Positions 58,791-64,000 of a stretch of 64,000 nt of DNA are shown one piece after another. Numbering within the stretch: the stretch's first letter is position 1; each line of letters begins with the position of its first letter. The stretch is from Verrucomicrobiales bacterium (GTDB taxonomy: Bacteria > Verrucomicrobiota > Verrucomicrobiia > Verrucomicrobiales > DEV007), in contig JAWLBD010000002.1 in NCBI GenBank assembly GCA_041395145.1, forward strand, positions 39,890-103,889. The letters are read 5' to 3'. The notes beneath the pieces were generated by a model. It did no database searches. It had not been told where the DNA came from and was given only the letters and a program-made list of their open reading frames with translations. The translations under genes were made by a program, and so were the position numbers.

Positions 58791-60813
58791 ATGACCGCCC
58801 GCGAATTCGCCGAACGGGTTTTGTTCTCCACGACGCTGGAGGAAAAGCTCGCGCCGCCCCCCGAATCCCTTGATTTCGGCGGGGTGGGATCGGCGTTGGC
58901 CGGAGCGCCGGGCGATCCGGGGCGGCCGGCGGATCTGGCGCTGCAGCCGCCGGGATCGCGGGAGCGGGCGGACTTCCCCGGCGCGGCGCGCCTGCGGGAT
59001 GAGCGCGACCGCGGGGTGCTGCTCCACTTTCTGGCGAACCACGAATTGCTCGCCACCGAGCTGATGGCGCTCGCCTTGCTCAAGTTCCCCGACGCGCCGG
59101 CCGCCTTCCGCAAAGGGCTGGTGCGCACGCTTTGCGACGAGCAGGAACACACCAGGCTCTACATGGCGCGCATGGCGGCGTGCGGGCTGCGCCTCGGCGA
59201 CCTGCCGGTCAACCGATACTTCTGGGACGCGGTCTCGACCATGGAGTCGCCGCTCGACTACGTGTCGCGCCTCAGCCTCACATTCGAGCAGGCCAACCTC
59301 GACTTCGCCCGGTTCTTCGGCGCGGCGTTCGCGCAGGCGGGCGACGCGCCGACCGCCGCGCTGCTCGACCGCATCTACCGCGATGAGATCGCGCACGTCG
59401 GCTACGGGCTGAAGTGGTTTCGGCGGTGGAAGGCTCCGGGCGACAGCGAGTGGGAGGCGTTTGGCAAAGCGCTGCCGTTCCCGCTTTCCCCGGCGCGGGC
59501 CAAGGGCGCGGGCGGCTTCAACGCCGAGGGGCGACGCCGCGCCGGGCTGGGCGATGCGTTCATCGCGGAGCTGCGCGCCTTCCAGCAGTCGCGCGGCCGG
59601 ACGCCGAATGTCTTTTGGTTCAACCCGTGCGCCGAAGCCTCCGTCGCCGCCGGGAAGCCGCACCCGATGGATGCGCTGGAGCGTGCCGCGCAGGCGGACC
59701 TCGCCCTGCTCATGATCCACGCCGCGCGCCGCGACGATGTCGTCGCCGTCCCGCAGCGCCCCGGACCCGAATTCCTCGCCTCGCTCGAAACCGCCGGCTT
59801 TCCGCTGCCCGAGATTTTGGGCGAACTGGACGCCGCGACGCTGGCGGAGCGCAAGCCGCGGGCTGCGCCCGCGGGCATGGGCGCCAGATTCGGCGGCGTT
59901 CCTCGCGCCGCTGCGCCCCGCCTGACCCTACCGCATGGGCGAACTCGGGACAGCGCGGCGGCTGGCGGCACCTGTATTCCAGCGTGGCTTCGCCGACCGG
60001 CTGCGCTGACGGATCGGCGGCGGTGATTCCGATTTCTCTGCCCGGCGGGCTGCGCCGATGGTGCGCCTCGCCGACGCGGCGCGCGATGCCGCTGCCCGCA
60101 TCGGCGGCGACGCCGTCGCCAAGGCGGCGTTCGGCACCGCCGCGACGCGGCGGTTGCCAGAGGGGCAAATCGATGCCTGCACCGAACCTGGTCTCCCGGA
60201 CCCGCGGCGCAAGGCGGCATCGTGATCGAGCCGTGGCTCGACCGCGCCTCGACTTCTTCCGCAATACGACGTCGCCGAAGGCGGCGCGCCCCGCCTGCTC
60301 GATAAAGATCTGCCCGCAACGAAATCGCGCTGGGCGGCGGCGGGTTCCGCGCGGCGCTCGCCGCATGGCTCGCTCGCCCGGCTTACTCGGACGAATGCCG
60401 CGGGATTTCATCTTCCGCCGCGACGGCGGAGCCGCCTTCCGCCACGCCTTCTCGAATCCGCCATCCCCGCCCTGCTTGCCCCGCACCTCGCCGACGCCGG
60501 ATTCCGCGCCCGGTCGGCATCGCCTCTGTCATGCCGACGCAGGCTCGCTCCGGGCCTCAAACCCATCGTCGAGATCAACCTGCGTTACACGATGGGCCGC
60601 ATACCCCCTCGAAATCGCCCGCCGCATCGCCCCTACCGCCACGCCCGCCTCGAAATCATCGCCCGACGCCAGCTCAAACGCCTCGGCACCGAAAAGCTTC
60701 CCGCCTACGCCGCCGCCCAAGCCCAAGCCAACCCGCCCCAATTCACCGGCAATCCCCCAAAGCTCGCCACCGGGTTCCTCGCCCTAACCGATCCGCTCAG
60801 GCAATGGAGCTGA
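58791..60813 (+). CDS. DUF455 (ferritin-like di-iron fold) protein fused to, or followed by, an ATP-grasp-like region; many frame breaks after about 59880
   Basis: ATG 58791. DUF455 blocks LLHFLANHELLATELMALALLKFPDAPAAFRKGLVRTLCDEQEHTRLY and LDRIYRDEIAHVGYGLKWF. It continues as RTPNVFWFNPCAEASVAAGKP...DLALLMIHAARRDDVVAVPQRPGPEFLASLETAGFPLPEIL, then as fragments in several frames, and ends ...LKPIVEINLRYTMGRI...GFLALTDPL with the stop at 60811-60813. Confidence 0.65.
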
Positions 60814-60829
60814 TGGCGGTTTTGCGCGG

Positions 60830-62690
60830 TAGTTGTCGCGGCAGTGCAACTTCGTGCGTCCGCCTGTGGCTACAAGGTTCCTGCTTCAGAATCTTTCAGC
60901 TTTAGCTTTCATACGAGCGTCTCTAGGATTGAGTAGACCGTGAGTGCAACGATCAACTGCTGGCAATTTCAAAAACTTTGCCTCGCCCCAATGTTTTACC
61001 GCATAAACTCCCGGATTTTATCGTTGACTAAGCGCACTAAAAACCGAAAAGAACCTGATCTTAAAGGCGCTGAATCCAAAACGACCGCAAGTCAGAAGAA
61101 CACTCAATTATATCCACTATGAACGATATAGAGATAAAAAACTAAAAAGGCATATTACCGGAGAGCGATTACCTTGAAACAAAAACGGCTCAACCTCCAA
61201 TCGATGATCTCCGAGGCAGTTAAGAACACAAAAGCGCTAGCAAGAGTCTGGAAGCCGAGCAACGATTCTGATCTCCGCCGCTTGCTAAATCGACATGTGT
61301 AACTCGTTCGGGGGTGCTTGTTGTTGAATTCGTCCAGTTCGAGCAAAGGAAGCCAACTCTTCATCCTCGAACTCAGATGCGGACGGCATCCTTCCGCTCC
61401 ATACTCAACCACAGAAAAGAAGAAGATTGCGAAGAAGTCGATGGGGTTCTCTACGCCGCTGTTAAGGGAAACGAACTTGCGATCCTCCAAGCAGGCGCTC
61501 TGCGTATGAAGGCTTTTTTGAGGAGTATCTTGCTTGGGTTCTGGTGGATTTGACCTGCGTAATGAGTCATTCCGTTGGGATCGGACTTAGCAGAGCCTGA
61601 CGCGAAAGTTAAAGAGCCTCATTAAAAGACAGCCGATAAAGGCATTTACCTTTGACAATGACCTTCATTTTCGCCTACAAAAGATCAGGACAATCCAACG
61701 ACTGTAAAAACCGTTTCGATCGAAAGCAAGACGCTCGAAAGCGCATTGAAAAACACTTTTGGGAGGAGAGATTAATGATGCTGAAATTCTAGAGGCTGAG
61801 CATCTTCATGAAATTAATCATCGAGTATCGAGGCAGAAAGGATCGAATTGCAGATCAAAAGGCGCTCAGAGCTTTCGCGAACATCGCCAGCAATTTGGAA
61901 GAAGGCGAGGTTACGATTGACATCAAGGGCGGACCTAAGATAAAAAATGGATGAATTCCTAGTCCGAGAAAACATAAAAGTTGAAGCCGCAAATGGCACT
62001 ATAATTTTTAATAGCGCAGCAAAGGCTTTATCTGACTGGCTTACCTCTCTAACACGTTACTGACCTCACCTAGGCTAGCTTAAAGCAAGGAAAAGGGAGA
62101 TTCGCGTCCTATCTTGTCGCGATCCTCCTCTCGGTTTGATTGTTAAAGCAGGATTACGTGGGGAACGTTCATTTCTTCGATGCTAGATGGAATGCGGAAC
62201 ATAGCTTTCGTAAACGCAGGATTTATCGTGGCGGCTTTCAATTTGCGCTTTCGTGCAATTGATTTGATGAAATTCGACGGATTCACCCTCGATCAGGTGA
62301 CCAAATCTAAAAGTGAGTAAATGTTGTGAGCGGCTAACCCATCTCGTATTGCTCTTTGTATTCACCTCAGCAATCATGGCAATGCACCCACTCCCGGCAT
62401 GCACCGGATTTGGCAGGTTACGTATTCGGCTTTACGATTTGGCTTTTTCTTTGCGGTCTATTTTCGTTTGTTTATATTCTCTTTGCATTTGAATCGCTAG
62501 AACACCTGCTATTCAAGCTTATCAGCGCGAAGCTGCGGAAAGGGAAGATTCAAAATGAACCAGGGTAATGGGCGAAAAGGAGGAGGGCGCTGTTCCCCCA
62601 AAATAGGTGCGGATTGTGTTCTCCAATACTAAAGCACTCAGATTACGCCTCGCCAGCGTAGCGCAAAATCGATCCAACCTACCCCTCCAC
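60830..62690. other. AT-rich island (about 1.9 kb; about 35-45% GC in hand-counted lines against about 65-70% in the flanks) lacking any intact long ORF
   Basis: Composition changes abruptly just after the stop at 60813 and again at about 62690 inside the 3' end of the RidA ORF. Only short ORFs of 60-111 aa occur, on both strands. Confidence 0.8.
61119..62063 (+). pseudogene. Decayed gene for an unclassified protein of about 310 aa (at least six stops or frameshifts)
   Basis: Protein-like segments can be chained on the + strand across frames: MNDIEIK.. / KAYYRRAITLKQKRLNLQSMISEAVKNTKALARVWKPSNDSDLRRLLNRHV / VLVVEFVQFEQRKPTLHPRTQMRTASFRSILNHRKEEDCEEVDGVLYAAVKGNELAILQAGALRMKAF / EEYLAWVLVDLTCVMSHSVGIGL / LTRKLKSLIKRQPIKAFTFDNDLHFRLQKIRTIQRL / KTVSIESKTLESALKNTFG / EINDAEILEAEHLH / KLIIEYRGRKDRIADQKALRAFANIASNLEEGEVTIDIKGGPKIKNG / DEFLVRENIKVEAANGTIIFNSAAKALSDWLTSLTRY-stop. 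Confidence 0.45.
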
Positions 62691-63116
62691 TCGAACACGC
62701 CCTCGATTTCGACGGCGACGTTGGCGGGGAGAGGCACCCATGGCGCTGCGGCGGCGACGCCGCGTTCGCCGAAGACTTGGGCGAGGAGTTCGCTGCAGCC
62801 GTTGATGACTTTCGGGTGGTCGGTGAAGTCGGGCGGGCAGTTGACCATGCCGGGGAAGACTCTGACGACGCGGCGGACTTTGGCGAGGTCGCCGAGTTCG
62901 TTTTGGAGGGTGGCGAGCATGGCGAGGGCGCAGCGTTTACTGTCTCTTACAGCTTCTGTCGAGATCGAGGTCGGCGCCGACTTTTCCGGTGATGAGGCTG
63001 CCGTCCGGGCGAAGCGGGAGGTGGCCGGACAGGTAGGCGTAGCCGCCGGAGAGGACGCAGGGGCGGTAGGCTCCGACGGGCTTGGGCGCGGGGGGAAGAT
63101 CGAGTTCGAGGTTCAT
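62522..63116 (-). CDS. RidA/YjgF/UK114-family protein with a frameshift near 62930 and a non-native C-terminal extension running into the AT-rich island
   Basis: MNLELDLPPAPKPVGAYRPCVLSGGYAYLSGHLPLRPDGSLITGKVGADLDLD (ORF 62937..63236, ATG at 63116) continues as ...CALAMLATLQNELGDLAKVRRVVRVF.GMVNCPPDFTDHPKVINGCSELLAQVFGERG...LPANVAVEIEGVFEW (ORF 62522..62920). RidA proteins normally end just after VEIE..FE (about 62690). Confidence 0.75.
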
Positions 63117-63329
63117 GGATAGTTGGGGCGTTGGGAATTGGGGCGGCACCAGAATCGTATTCGGCCGGCGGGGCAAGGCGGTCGTCGCGAAAGGCGAAAT
63201 CTCCCGTGGACACCTCGCGCCGTGAATACCGACCACTAGCGCGTCGAACCCTCAACCCGCCACCGCCTTTCACCCTGGATCGAACCGCCCACAGAACGCA
63301 TCGCCGCCGCCGAAAAATCTTGCGCGCGG

Positions 63330-64000
63330 GCGCGGAGCGCGCTTTGGCTGAAGGCGCTGACCTACGGGCTCGTTCCCGCCCGGCGCGGCGCGCGATGCGG
63401 AGGCGGACCTGGTGGCGGACGCCGCGCTGGGGGCGAATGCGGTGCGGCTCTACGAGGTGCCGGACCGCGCGTTTCTCGACCGCTGTGCGGCGGCGGGGTT
63501 GCGGGCGTGGATCACGATCCCATGGGAGCAGCACGTCGATTTTTTGCGCGACCGGCGGCTGGCGGGGGCGGTGGAAGATCGGGTCGCCCGCGCGGCGGGG
63601 TCGCTCGCCGGGCACCCGGCGGTCCTAGGCTATCTGGTCGGCAACGAAATCCTTGAGCGGCATCGTCCGCTGGATCGGACCGGCGCGCCGCGCGGCGGCA
63701 TTTTTGGAGCGGCTCGTCGAGCGGGCGAAGGCTGCCGACCCCGGCGCGCTGGTCGCCTACGCGAACTATCCGCCGACCGAATTCCTGCGCGTGCGCAATG
63801 CGGACCCTGCGCCTTCAACGTCTATCTCGAAGACCGCGCCGCCTTCCGCCGCTACGCCGCGCGCCTGCAAAACCTGGGCTTCTACGACCTGGGCCGCTCG
63901 CCCTCGCGGAGTTCGGCTGCGATTCCCGCGCGCAATACCGCCGGGCAGGCGGATGCTGGGCTGGGCGCTGGCGGAATGCCGCGCCGCCGGCATGGCGGGC
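63330..64000 (+). CDS. Clan GH-A TIM-barrel glycoside hydrolase (GH2/GH5-like), partial; runs off the window and is multiply frameshifted
   Basis: Fragments across frames: LWLKALTYG.., ANAVRLYEVPDRAFLDRCAAAGLRAWITIPWEQHVDFLRDRRLAGAVEDRVARAAGSLAGHPAVLGYLVGNEI, then ..FLERLVERAKAADPGALVAYANYPPTEFL.. and ..FNVYLEDRAAFRRYAARLQNL... This order matches a family often annotated as glycoside hydrolase family 2 TIM barrel. Confidence 0.55.

Overview
High-GC (about 65-70% by eye) bacterial chromosomal segment. The gene content points to Verrucomicrobia (Opitutae-like) or Planctomycetes: DUF1553 and two DUF1501 proteins, a DUF1080 protein, a formylglycine-type sulfatase with an F5/8 type C domain, a PEP-CTERM LamG-like protein, FG-GAP/VCBS/UnbV_ASPIC proteins, a BlaI/BlaR1-like pair and Sel1/TPR/LRR repeat proteins. 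Housekeeping genes are interspersed: yceD-rpmF-plsX-fabH, ruvA, queA, gatB, araD, an S41 C-terminal processing peptidase and an FKBP isomerase. I recognised no rRNA, tRNA or CRISPR array. Four classes of signal are not explained by ordinary genes. (1) A family of 330-405 bp MITE-like elements with 20-25 bp terminal inverted repeats (core TTAGACTGA) has at least four copies, and two of them bracket a decayed Mrr-like nuclease gene. REP-like hairpin modules and a 2x tandem repeat accompany them. (2) Two lower-GC insertions are present: about 845 bp flanked by 52-bp direct repeats that duplicate the 3' end of an FtsX permease gene, and a 1.9 kb AT-rich island carrying a decayed unclassifiable gene. 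(3) An in-frame TGA separates a VCBS/FG-GAP ORF from an UnbV_ASPIC-thioredoxin-TPR ORF. (4) Frame disruptions are numerous, often at short homopolymers, and become very dense after about 54.6 kb, where they hit even gatB. I read most of these as sequencing or assembly errors rather than biology, so every pseudogene-type claim here is weakened. I could not identify a coherent multi-gene novel system with confidence. The MITE-bracketed nuclease locus, the AT-rich island and the TGA-split giant protein are the best leads.
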